In this document: positions 53,250 to 64,000 of the stretch, in pieces
How positions within the stretch are numbered: position 1 is the first letter of the stretch
Layout: the number at the start of each line of letters is the position of its first letter
Source of the DNA: Octopus vulgaris
Taxonomy: Eukaryota
DNA: 64,000 nt
Direction: 5' to 3'
NCBI GenBank assembly: GCA_951406725.2
Contig: CATOCA020000001.1
Span: 806,001 to 870,000 of the forward strand
Translations under genes and position numbers: made by a program
The notes under the pieces: generated by a model
Databases searched by the model: none
The model's input: the letters and a program-made list of their open reading frames with translations, nothing else
Told to the model about the DNA's origin: nothing

Positions 53250-54729
53250 ATGTCTATATGTATATGTATATATATATATACACCTGAGTAAATACATATA
53301 TACAGTACAATGATCAAATGATCAACTATTACATAGGTACAAGGTCTGAAATCTAGGGGTGGAGAAGAGGGTACAGTTATTGTGTGGACTTCAGAGCATA
53401 ACTGGTATTGCCTTTTCATCAACTTCGCAAGAATGAAAGGACAAGTTGACGTCACCAGGATTTGAACCCAGAATATAAAGGGCCTCAGATACTGCAAGGT
53501 ATTTTGTTCAACACTATTAAGACATAAGAACAGGAGAGAGGGGGAACAGTTAATCAAACTGAACCCCTAGATATTACTGGAATACATTGTATCGACCCTA
53601 GGGTGACAATAAATTCTCTGGCAGGATTTGAACTGTCATCCTAAAGAAACAAACCTAAATATTGGAATAAGACGATCCTGTATTTAGTCCAGGGTCAGAG
53701 GAAAGAAGGATAGTAAAAGAGAGAGAGAGAAAGAGAAAGAGGGAGGGAGGGAAAGAGGGGGGCTTTCGATGGAGTGAAATTAAAACAGACAGGACTTGAA
53801 CCTGTAACATCGAGATAACGGGGGATGAAATAAGGTAAAGAATCTAGTCAGATAGCTACAACAGCATATATCGTAATGATTAATTAACGAAGTAGATTAG
53901 TGTCATTGCAGTGTGAAAGAGAGAAGTCGGCGGACGAGCCACGGTGGGATAATGACAAAGTGAATCAATGAAAAACTTTGAAAACATAAAAGATTTGGAT
54001 TATCCAGATTCAAGGGTACCTACTTTAGAACTGCCAGGTGTAGAGGTGTGTTGCCCTCTATATTCCTTAGATTAACATCAGGATTAGATTTCAGAAGTTG
54101 TTGAACAGCTTCTTTGGTTCCACTGCGACAGGCCCAGTGTAAAGGTGTGTTACCATACTTAATATCTTTCGCATTGACTTTAAGTTCAGGTATTTGAAGT
54201 TCTTTAATAATATTTTCGTATCCAAGTCCACAGGCCACATGTAGAGCTGTAACAGCGTCTGAATCCACAGCATTGACATCAGCTTTAGTTAATGAAGTTT
54301 TTGAACAGCACTTACTTGACCATAGGAGCTGTTGAACAACTTCAAGATGTCCACTATCACAGGCCCAGTGTAGAGGTGTGTAGTGATATATATCTTTCCT
54401 ATTGACGTCGGCATCAAACAGCAAGAGTTGTTCAACAATGTCTTTGAATCCCCAACTGCAGGCCCAGTGTAGCGGCGTGTTATTATGTTTATTCTCCAGA
54501 TTAACATCAGGTTTATACAAGAGAAGTTGTTGAATGACTTCTGTGTTACCCCTGTGACAAGCCAGAAGTAGAGGTGTGTCACCGTTCACGTTTTGTTTAT
54601 TGATCTGAAAAGCAATAAAAATATTAAAAATATCGTCTAGAAAAGAAGATACAAGAATTAAAAACCCAGAAAGAGAAAAGTCCCTCTAAACATCACATGA
54701 AATATGTAAATATTTCCTATATATATATA

Positions 54730-54794
<65 letters not shown>

Positions 54795-56140
54795 GTGTGT
54801 ATGTATGTATATATATGTATATATATATATAGGGAGAGTTTACGAAAAAAACAAAAGACGAAGACAGGTGGTGTACAAAACAAACAGATGTATTAGTATA
54901 ACGCTCAGGAATAGAAAAAGCATTTTACGTTTCGTGCCAACGCTCTTCTACAGAAAGGGACACAGAAAAAACAAGGAGAGAAACAAGAAGAGCAAAAAAT
55001 GTGTGTGTAGTGGCTGACGATCTATATATATATATATATACACTAGGTATGAATGAGATAGTATGTAAGATCACACCTGCATCAGAAGCAGTGTTCACGT
55101 CCAGAAGCAACACGACACATCACATCGAAGGCCAATCCAGCATTGAGGATGTCATATATAAGAAGGAGGTGACATCAAAACCCCAGTGGCGTAAAAACGC
55201 GCAGAAATATGCGGGTATGATAGAAAGTCTTTTCAGCACCAAATTTAACAACCGCAAACCCTTCTTTCATATTGAATACAAGTGAAATATCTTGTCTAGG
55301 GGTATATATATATATTTCTTTATTGCCCATAAGGGGATAAACACAGAGGGGACAAACAAGGACAGACAAATGGATTAAGTCAATTATATCGACCCCAGTG
55401 CATAACTGGTACTTATTTAATCGACACCGAAAGGATAAAAGGCAAATCTGATCTCGGCGGAATTTGAACTCAGAACGTAGCGGCAGACGAAATACCGCTA
55501 AGCATTTCGCCCGGCGCGCTAACGTGTCTGCCAGCTCGCCGCCTTTGTCTAGGCGTATATAGTCTTTAATGAAATGTTCCCTGGATTAGAACATTAACTG
55601 GGGTGTCCTGGAGAGGGGCAAGCCATGCTTCAATAGTAAGAAGAGGTTTAGGCTCCATTTAGCAGTGAATCAAACGATATACATGAATTGTTTTGAGCCT
55701 GACATCTTTCTAAACTGTAAAAGTTAAGTTTTTCTTTCATGTCCACGTGAAAGATGATAATATTGAATTGGGACCTACAGATTGTATTATGTTTGAAAAG
55801 AATAGAACTTCCCCAATCCCAGCCTAAGGGATCAGCGTAGTGGTGACGGCACCCATCTTTACACGCACCACCTGTCTATCCACAGATGAACTCAGAACTA
55901 GCAGCCTAACCTCATCCCTTCCGCCAAACATCACCACCCACCCTGCACCCATACTAACCCTATAAACCGGATGTGACAGTTGCTGACCTCCATCTAAAGG
56001 GAGTCGTCATCATACATTTTATAACAAACCTTTCTGAAGATTCCCAGATTAAGTAATCACCTTTGTCTAAATTTGTGTGGAGAACTAATTGGCAAAACGC
56101 GGGGATATAAATCTACAGTATTAAATAGTATAGCGATTAA

Positions 56141-56179
<39 letters not shown>

Positions 56180-59100
56180 GCACATGGTCTAGTGGTTAGA
56201 GCAGTGGACTCGCGGTTGAGGGATCACCGGTTCGAATCTCAGACCGGGCAACGTGTGTATTTATGAGCGAAAACACCTAAGCTCCAAGCGGATCCGGCAG
56301 AAGGTAATGGCGAACTTCTGCTGACGCTTTTGCCACAACTTGCTCTCAATCGTTCCTCCTGCATCTTGTGGCTCACCTGCGACGGACCGGCGTCCCGTCC
56401 CGGTGGGGAACCTATACGCCAAGGAAACCGGGAAACCGGCCCTTACGAGCCATGCATGGCTTGAGAAGGAACAAACATACTGTGCGTGTGTGTGTGTTTC
56501 TGTGTGTACATGTGAGTATATTTATAAACACACTAACCTGTACACTCTTATTTTCAGTGACATGTAATACTGCTTTCACCATATCTTTACAGCCCGTCTC
56601 CACCGCCAGATGGAGAAGACTGTTGCCCTGGGCGTTGCATTTCTCTGCATTGGCCCCTTTGGAGGCTATCAGCGGCACCACAGTATGTTGCTTGCTGAAA
56701 GTAAAAAGAAAAAAGATCGCAGACATTGAAATAATAATGGTTGGATGAATTCTAAGAACGTTCAGAATACGCGACAAGGAAACTATGCTGGTTCTATGAA
56801 GGATACACCAATATCACAGCAAAAACTCAAATGGGAGCAACTATGTTGAACTCCCTCTTTCACCAAAAGGCAATCGCATAAGAATGGCCAAGGAAAAGGT
56901 GATTACACTGGCGGCGCTCTAGCATGAACACAGCGTTTGGGCTGAAGCTTATAAAAGAGTAGAAGAATGTGTGTGTGTGTGTGTGTGAAACTGTATAAAA
57001 AATCTAAAATGGCAACAACTTCAACAAATGGTAAATTACCAGAGACGCGTGGCATAGTAGCACATGCACCAAAGATGTCAGACAAGTTCTGAGGGACAGA
57101 ACTGGAAGCAAAATGAGAATTGATATCAAGTGAAGTGGAGAGATAGTTGAGAAGCTACTTTTGAACTGAGGATGTTAGCTAGAATGGACGTGTATTTGGG
57201 GGCAGTGAGAGTCCCCGAGTTGCTAACAGGTTCTGGTCAGTGATTAAGGAGTTCATTTCAAAGTGATTCCAAGAATTTAAGGCAAATGAATTTTTAACCC
57301 GAGATGCAGTTGAAGTTACAGTTAATATTTCATCGAATGAGTTGAGTATGTTATGGATGTATGGGGTATCATAATCTCTGGGAGGGAGTTTAAAGATTAT
57401 TACTGCCATAAGAAACTATGGAAACCCTTTTTTCCTGTTTCAGAACTGAAATAAACATTGCTGGAGGAGAAAAATGTATTCATCTCTCCATAATCAATAT
57501 TAATAGAAGATATTGAATCGCAGTGGGTCAGTCTTAAGAACTGTTGGGTCTCAAAGATTATCTCCAAAACAAAAATAATCTGTTTTGACTACAGGTCACC
57601 AAAAAAGGATTTTATGATTCCATAATGAAGAGAATTCATGGAGAATGTGAGAAAAAAGATGTTGCTGTTTCTTACTATCATGTTGCTGTCGTATTCTTCG
57701 GTTATGACGACGTGGGTTCCAATTGATCCATTCAAAGGAACAGCCTGCTGCTCGTGAAATTAACGTGCAAACGGAACAGTTTGGTAGTGAAATTAATGTG
57801 CAAGTGGCTGAGTACTCCACAGACACGTGTACCCTTAACGTAATTCTCAGGGAGATTCAGTGTGACACAGAGTGTTACAAGGTTGGCCCTTTGAAATGTG
57901 ATTGCTACTCATCTTTGCCAGCTGAGTGGACTGGAGCAACGTGAATTGAACTCACGACCTTACGGGAATTGAACTCATCACCATACGATTGTGAGCGGAA
58001 TGCCCGAAATACTAAGCTACGTGTGTGTGTCCTAGAGCAAGACACTTTATTTCACGTAACTGGCAAAAATGAATAGTACCTGTGTTTCAAGGGGTCAGCC
58101 TTGTCACACTCTGTGTCATGCTGAATCTCCTCGAGAACTACGTTAAGGGAACACGTGTCTGTGGAGTACTCAGCCACTTGCACATTAATTTCACTACCAA
58201 ACTGTTCCGTTGATCATATCAGCTGGGACCCTCGTCGTCGTAACCGACGGAGTGCTCCTGTAGTCGTGTCACACTGGCACTACTCGGGGGCATCTTTGGA
58301 CATTTAACCTGCCTGGAATTGGAAGTAAACAAAACAGATTTATAGATTCTGGCTAATTCTGAACTTACCCACTCACAGCATAATGAAATGCTGTACAATC
58401 ATCTCTGTCCTTCATGTCTAAATCAGACCCGGCTTCTATTAAGGAATTTATCAAATCTATGTTTCCCGCTTGACAAGCAGCCATCAGATATGTCAGACCC
58501 CATGAATTTGACTCGTTGATCTGAAGTGAAGAAAGTGAAACCGTATGAAATATATTAAAGGAGAAAGAGAGGAGAAGAGAGAACAAGGAAGATGTTTGGG
58601 TAAGAAAAAAAGGGATTTCAAAGAGAAAAAAAAACGGGCAAGAAAGATACACACATCATCATCATCATCATCATAATCATCATCATCATCATAGTCATCA
58701 TTTTGCTTCTGCTTCTCATGCCGACATAAGTTACAGTAGTCTTCATGGTTTCGCTTGTTTGAAGTTATTGTTGATCTAGACGCGTGGGATGACTACACAC
58801 ACACACACACACACGCAAACATACACATACTCTCTTTCTCTCTCTCACACACTCACACAAGTGTTCGCTAGAAATAAAGTCACAATATTTGAAGAAAATA
58901 TCTTAAAAAAAGTTAACTAAAAATTATTGAAAATTACGGAAAGCCTTTGTTGGTACTAACGATTGATAGTTTAGTAAAGAGGTGGACAGAAGAATATTTA
59001 GGAGAATCATCGAACTCTACCATTTGATGGTAGACAGTGTCTCATCTGCTGACTACCAGCCTATTATTCTAAAGTCCAATATTTCAATGGTTAAGAAAAA

Positions 59101-60033
59101 ATCATAAACAACCATCAGCTTTATTCCTTTCGGTATTTTTATCTCTTCAATGATTTGTTGTTTGTTTGTTCCTTCTCGAGCCATGCCTGGCTCATAAGGG
59201 CCGGTTTCCCGGTTTTATTGGCGTATAGGTTCCCCACCTGGACGGGACGCCGGTCCGTCGCAGGTGAGCTGCAAGATGCCGGAGGAAAGAGTGAGAGAAA
59301 GTTGTGGCGAAAGAGTCAGTTGAAGTTTCGCCATTACCTTCTGCCGGAGCCTCGTGGAGCTTAGGTGTTTTCCTCATAAACACACACATCGCCCGGTCTG
59401 AGATTCGAAGGCGCGATCCCTCGACCGCGAGTCCGCTGCTCTAACAACTAGGCCATGTGCCTCCAGTCTTCAATGATTAGAAGAAGTACAATACTATAAA
59501 GCCAGATCAAGTGAGGATTTGATTTCTATGTGATACATTAGTATTTCCATGTGTTTGACAACTTCTGCAAAAGAAATGGTGTAGCCCTTGATGTCCGTAA
59601 AACATTCAACCGTTTATAGCAAGAGAACGTCATGACAAAGTCACGATCCATCTACTGGCTGCATCTGTCCCTCATCTCTTGGACGACTGAATATTTCCTG
59701 CCAGAATACTCCGTTGCAGTGTGTGATGACAGGCTTCTCTCTCACTCACATTCCATCAACTCTGACATGCTTCATGATTGGGTTGAATTTTCATAAAATC
59801 TAATGATAATGAGGATTAGAAGAAAGTTGTGGAGAAAGAAATGAAATATCAGGGACGAATACACGTGGTTACTTAGGAACATTTAATATTCTGTATGAAA
59901 TATCAATCAAATAAGTAACTTTGAGAAGGCAATAAAAGGAACAACTTACCTTATGTGAATTTTTACGAATAAATCCTTTAAAATATTGACTGTCACTAAG
60001 CATAATTTTACTTATATTCTTATCAAAGGCCAT
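42856..60033 (-). CDS. Gene B: intact ankyrin + C3HC4 RING + death-domain protein (604 aa with one 72-nt exon, 652 aa with all three)
   Basis: Exons 60033-59950, 58520-58369, 56694-56538, 54604-54024, 52335-52299, 51313-51104, 49908-49733, 48342-48200, [44936-44865, 44112-44041], 43672-43601 and 43058-42856. All are GT-AG, phases are compatible, and I found no stops. Confidence 0.87.
43601..43672 (-). CDS. Gene B 72-nt exon copy c, death-domain start (LEEKHLLKVAERLRRKWWHVG)
   Basis: tttcag|...|gtgagt; closest to the A exon at 34474-34545. Confidence 0.8.
44041..44112 (-). CDS. Gene B 72-nt exon copy b (CSKLEAKCLQVRVEKSKCEWQQV)
   Basis: tttcag|...|gtgggt, 72 nt, open in phase 1-1. Confidence 0.55.
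44490..44777. repeat. About 100-bp tandem repeat, about 2.7 copies
   Basis: aatg(t/c)ctttaatagaatt...ccattctataggaaattaggaatagaacctgtt recurs near 44507, 44607 and 44706. Confidence 0.85.
44865..44936 (-). CDS. Gene B 72-nt exon copy a (GTPKSENKEVQTPAHPSESKVLPT), diverged, linker-like
   Basis: cttcag|...|gtgagt, 72 nt, open in phase 1-1; flanks are homologous to the other copies. Confidence 0.55.
45030..45660 (+). mobile_element. 3' end of an RLE-type non-LTR retrotransposon
   Basis: IWCEECKLIHLVELTVPHE...KDESYKTLIEDCTATGWSA (ELTVP..K..Y..GW motif). Confidence 0.75.
46382..46790 (+). mobile_element. CORE-like tRNA-derived SINE
   Basis: Full copy; reverse match to 9690-10070. Confidence 0.85.
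47590..47886 (-). mobile_element. tRNA(Arg)-like SINE with 13-bp TSD
   Basis: TSD actgtaaaaactt at 47577-47589 and 47887-47899. Confidence 0.9.
48200..48342 (-). CDS. Gene B RING exon (CLLC...PCGH...CKDC...CPKC)
   Basis: C3HC4 ligands intact; splice sites match gene A. Confidence 0.9.
49733..49908 (-). CDS. Gene B pre-RING exon (VAMYLAYSGGNFHHKNKRDETPLDLI)
   Basis: ttgtag|TTC...CT|gtaagt; homolog of 30097-30275. Confidence 0.85.
50189..50353. repeat. Imperfect inverted repeat (about 65-bp arms)
   Basis: caagaaagtaaatttcgaatgcagtaaagct... / ...agctttactacattcggaatttattttcttg. Confidence 0.75.
51104..51313 (-). CDS. Gene B ankyrin exon (MTPLLLAVSEGH...NNCLHLAV)
   Basis: 210 nt; homolog of 28575-28784. 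Confidence 0.88.
51661..52186 (-). mobile_element. Composite tRNA(Arg)-like SINE (two bodies) with TSD
   Basis: Head and body as at 39937-40245, fused to a body as at 1230-1460; flanked by tgatgttgc duplication. Confidence 0.8.
52299..52335 (-). CDS. Gene B 37-nt micro-exon ([12 protein letters not shown])
   Basis: tttcag|...|gttagt; homolog of 25512-25548. Confidence 0.8.
52651..52693 (+). ncRNA. Minimal type-I hammerhead ribozyme motif (Penelope/retrozyme type)
   Basis: GTACG-CTGATGA-cGGGTgaagACCCa-GAAA-CTGCAG-TC-CGTGC: complete core, stems I and II, palindromic stem III, GUC cleavage triplet. Confidence 0.75.
53015..53186. repeat. Inverted repeat (about 77-bp arms, about 16-nt loop) beside (TA)n
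   Basis: atatatcaagctaaggttat..aacaaacaaatgcaaggtcatcca / tggatgaccttgcatttgtttgtt..ataaccttagcttgatatat. Confidence 0.88.
54024..54604 (-). CDS. Gene B ankyrin exon 4 (about 5.5 divergent repeats), homolog of the giant exon of A
   Basis: Starts INKQNVNGDTPLL and ends GNTPLHLAVL; A has [13 protein letters not shown]...[10 protein letters not shown]. Same phases (0-2). Confidence 0.9.
55040..55760 (+). mobile_element. Penelope-like GIY-YIG remnant interrupted by a SINE
   Basis: DVIYKKEVTS...KYAGMIESLFSTKFNNRKPF, then LSRRI*SL...INWGVLERGKP...KRFRLHL after the SINE. Confidence 0.7.
55309..55544 (-). mobile_element. SINE with 17-bp TSD
   Basis: ttgtctagg(g/c)gtatata at 55292-55308 and 55545-55561. 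Confidence 0.9.
56179..56476 (+). mobile_element. tRNA(Arg)-like SINE
   Basis: Same family as 35969-36264. Confidence 0.85.
56538..56694 (-). CDS. Gene B ankyrin exon 3 (KGANAEKCNAQGNSLLHLAVETG)
   Basis: tttcag|C...CAG|gttagt, phase 2-0. Confidence 0.85.
57700..58258. mobile_element. Two inverted copies of one SINE family
   Basis: 57770-57920 is reverse-complementary to 58060-58211. Confidence 0.8.
58369..58520 (-). CDS. Gene B ankyrin exon 2 (GLTYLMAACQAGNIDLINSLIEAGSDLDMKDRDDCTAFHYAV)
   Basis: ttcag|ATC...GG|gtaagt, phase 0-2. Confidence 0.85.
59156..59466 (-). mobile_element. tRNA(Arg)-like SINE with 12-bp TSD
   Basis: TSD tcttcaatgatt at 59144-59155 and 59467-59478. Confidence 0.9.
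59950..60033 (-). CDS. Gene B coding exon 1 (MAFDKNISKIMLSDSQYFKGFIRKNSHK)
   Basis: Homolog of 20864-20947; donor gtaagt. Confidence 0.8.
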
Positions 60034-60627
60034 GTCTTTTAAATGAAATTTGCTAGAAAAAGAAAGAAATTAATATAGTTCCTAAAAAACTTATAGAATG
60101 AGGTAAACAACAATATACAAAAGAGATTGTTTCAAAAACTTGCGTAAGTTAACATAAATATTGGAAAATTCAGTTTCTCTAAAGTATTTTATAACTGAAT
60201 GTTCTTCCTGGCACTAATAAGACCAACAATAGTCACCATGTTTTGTCTCTTGGTCAGCTACATTACTCTGCTTATTACAGAATGAATGGTGACAAGTAAA
60301 CCCTGAATATTAAAAAGTATAATCCGTTTATAGATCTGCTAGATGGAGACACTGTACACGGCATGAGTTGGACAGTTTAACAGGAACTGGTAAGTCAATG
60401 CAATGGTATCCAGTTCGCACATATGTACAACACTCGATGACGAATACACAAGTGTGTGAGTAACAGATATATAAATATGTGTACCGTGTATATATATTGT
60501 ACGCGCCAGCTTAATTAAATTCGTCCCCAGTCGAAAGACACCTGTTATTATTTTTATTATTTTTATTGTCTTTATATTGTTTTATTGTATTTATATTTGT
60601 GTAACATTGTCTGTGTTTCCGTTACTA

Positions 60628-60667
<40 letters not shown>

Positions 60668-60827
60668 ATACAATTTCCATCAGTGAATTTGTGAGTACTT
60701 ACAGTTGAATTAAAATATTTAGTATATTTCCTGACCTCGTATTTTGCTTCTTTTCTTTTCTTACTCCTCGTTGCTGTACCCTCACTTTCTCTACAACTGT
60801 TTACACACGCACCCACACATTCATATG

Positions 60828-61165
60828 GCGGAACTCCGTCGGTTGCGACGACGAGGGTTCCAGTTTATCTGATCAACGGAACAGCCTGCTCGTGAAATTA
60901 ACGTGCAAGTGGCTGAGCACTCCACAGACACGTGCACCCTTAACGTAGTTCTCGGGAGAGTCAGCTTGACAAGGCTGGCGTTTGGAAATACAGGTACAAC
61001 AGAAAGAGTGAGAGAAAGTTGTGGTGAAAAAGTACGGGAGGGTTCGCCACCATCCCCTGACAGAACATCGTGGAGCTTTAGGTGTTTTCGCTCAATAAAC
61101 ACTCACAATGCCCAGTCTGGGAATCGAAACTGTGATCCTAAAACCACTGGGCCATTGCGCTTCCA
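60828..61165 (-). mobile_element. tRNA-headed SINE with the body of the 57700-58258 family
   Basis: Head matches 52060-52187; body matches 57700-57900. Confidence 0.75.
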
Positions 61166-61229
61166 CTTGTATTCATATCATAAATATATGAATGTATTTC
61201 CATCACTGCGCATAGCGTGTTTGCATAAG

Positions 61230-61790
<561 letters not shown>

Positions 61791-61803
61791 CAACCTATCT
61801 ATA

Positions 61804-61873
<70 letters not shown>

Positions 61874-62206
61874 TGTATGTGTAGATTATGGGGCAACATT
61901 TCTTGTTTTAACCCTATTGTCACACTTGCTGAATCATTGGATGATTTCTGTGAATAGGTTTATGTTTATTGGTGCATCACATTTATGAAAGAAAAAACCC
62001 AGACGATTTAAAACAACTTTACAAGATTCGATGGTTTTTATTTCATTGTGAAGGCAAGAGGATATATAAATATACATGTATGTGTGTGTATACACTGGCA
62101 TTTCAAAAGTAAGTATACACCCAACATTTCATGTATGTATGCATGTATGTATGTATGCATGTATGTATGTATGTATGTACGTATGTATGTATATATGTAT
62201 GTACAT

Positions 62207-62433
62207 ACGGCGAGCTGGCAGAAACGTTAGCGCGCCGGGCGAAATGTTTTGCGGTATTTCGGCTGCCGTTACGTTGTGACTTCAAATTCCGCCGAGGTCG
62301 ACTTTACCTTTCATCCTTTCGGGGTCGATAAATTAAGTACCAGTTATGCACTGGGGTCGATGTAATCGACTTAAAACCTATGTCTGTCTTTGTTTGTCTC
62401 CTCTATGTTTAGCCCCTTGTGGGTAATAAAGAA

Positions 62434-62435
<2 letters not shown>
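62207..62435 (+). mobile_element. SINE (family of 7390-7620)
   Basis: ggcgagctggcagaaacgttagcgcgccgggcgaaatg...aataaagaaat. Confidence 0.85.
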
Positions 62436-62464
<29 letters not shown>

Positions 62465-62482
62465 TGTATGTATGTATGTATG

Positions 62483-62548
<66 letters not shown>

Positions 62549-63080
62549 AATATATATAAATATATATATATATATATAAATATAAATATATAGATGTGTA
62601 TATATACATGCATACATATATATATATATGTATGTATGTATATATACACACACTATATACATATACATACATATATATATATGTATATATACACATCTAT
62701 ATATTTTTGCATATACACACCCATCCACATATATATACAACATATATACATAGTGTATATATACTGTATATATATATATATATATATATATTAATATATA
62801 TACATATATATATTTATAAATGGATGTATATATGTATCTAAATATAAATTGTCAGCATCAGCAGCATGTAACGTCCGTTTTCCATGCTGGCATGGGTTGG
62901 ATAGCTTGAGAGGAAGTGCCAAGTCAGGAGCGACACATGCTTCCATGTTCTGTTTTGACTTGGTTTATATATATGACTCGCAGCAGAAATATTCGCAGAT
63001 CTTGACGAAGGAAGATGTGATTAACTGTATAATAAAACTCGGCTGTGCAAATCTCTGTTATCCTGATCCTTATTAATTTT

Positions 63081-63239
63081 ATAGAGTGGTTATATACTGT
63101 CAACTTAACGTGACAGTCCCGTAAAGGGAATTACACTACCGCTATTTAGCCCTAGGAAGCATCGACGCTTCCTGTCGGCTTTGACACATTTCCCTTTACG
63201 GGGCTGTCCCGTTAAGTTGACAGTATACAACCACTCTAT
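63081..63239. repeat. Inverted repeat / MITE-like (about 50-bp arms)
   Basis: atagagtggttatatactgtcaacttaacg...gtaaagggaa / ttccctttacg...cgttaagttgacagtatacaaccactctat. Confidence 0.8.
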
Positions 63240-63439
63240 CGCTCCAACACCGCTGATGTCTCTCTGAGACATTTAGAAATTCAATAGTTCTAATAATATT
63301 AAGTTTATATATTGTATAACAGATCGTGGGTTAGGCCATAACAATGCGATATATATATTATGAAATATGTTTTATACCCACAATCTTTTACACAATATAT
63401 TCAGCACAATTCTTCATAGTAACTGTTCCATTATAATTT

Positions 63440-63502
<63 letters not shown>

Positions 63503-63716
63503 TAAGGAAAGGCAAAAAAATAGGCAATGCATAATAAGAAAATTTAATTACATTTAATTCAATCTAAATTTAGCGACACGGTGTGCGGTAGACATTTTGG
63601 TGGCGCTCTCATTTGGACACGCAAAATGCATACTTATTTGTTTGAGTCATCCTGACGAAAACACCTCATATCTTCTCTCTCACCCTCTTCCTCTTCCTTC
63701 CTCTCTCTCTCTCTCT

Positions 63717-63784
<68 letters not shown>

Positions 63785-63792
63785 TCTACACG

Positions 63793-63828
<36 letters not shown>

Positions 63829-64000
63829 CAGTAATGCCTCGATATACGAGTTAATTTGTTCCCAGAGACTGCTCATAAAGGGAAAACTCGTAAAGCAGAA
63901 CAACAATTTCTCATAGTAGCAATATTATAAATCATAATCCATTCCCAGAAAAAATATTTTACCAATAAAATTCATAATACTCGTAAATAAACGGCAATAA
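63829..64000. mobile_element. End of a pogo/Tigger-like DNA transposon
   Basis: TA|CAGTAATGCCTCGATATACGAGTTAATT, a Tigger-like TIR at a TA site; truncated by the window edge. Confidence 0.5.

Overview
This is AT-rich, microsatellite- and SINE-dense eukaryotic DNA. The tRNA-derived SINE families and the composition suggest an octopod cephalopod, but that is inference. The core of the window is a tail-to-tail, inverted pair of paralogous intron-containing genes that I reconstructed by hand from GT-AG sites and exon phases. Gene A is on + (ATG 20864 to TGA 36928, 8 coding exons). Gene B is on - (ATG 60033 to TGA 42856, 10-12 coding exons). Both encode ankyrin repeats, then a MIB/IAP-type C3HC4 RING, then a C-terminal death-fold domain, and neither shows the N-terminal MIB-HERC2/ZZ modules of Mind bomb. 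In A, one 3011-nt exon holds about 29.5 near-identical 34-aa ankyrin repeats that vary mainly at the ligand-binding (DARPin-type) positions, and it carries a -1/+1 frameshift pair. In B, the same exon has only about 5.5 divergent repeats, and a 72-nt exon is triplicated. Other elements are a canonical minimal type-I hammerhead ribozyme motif with degenerate relatives, Penelope GIY-YIG remnants, RTE/RLE LINE remnants, mariner, hAT, pogo-like and Helitron remnants, several long fold-back repeats, and a higher-order minisatellite. Most short ORFs in the track are microsatellite or antisense artefacts.
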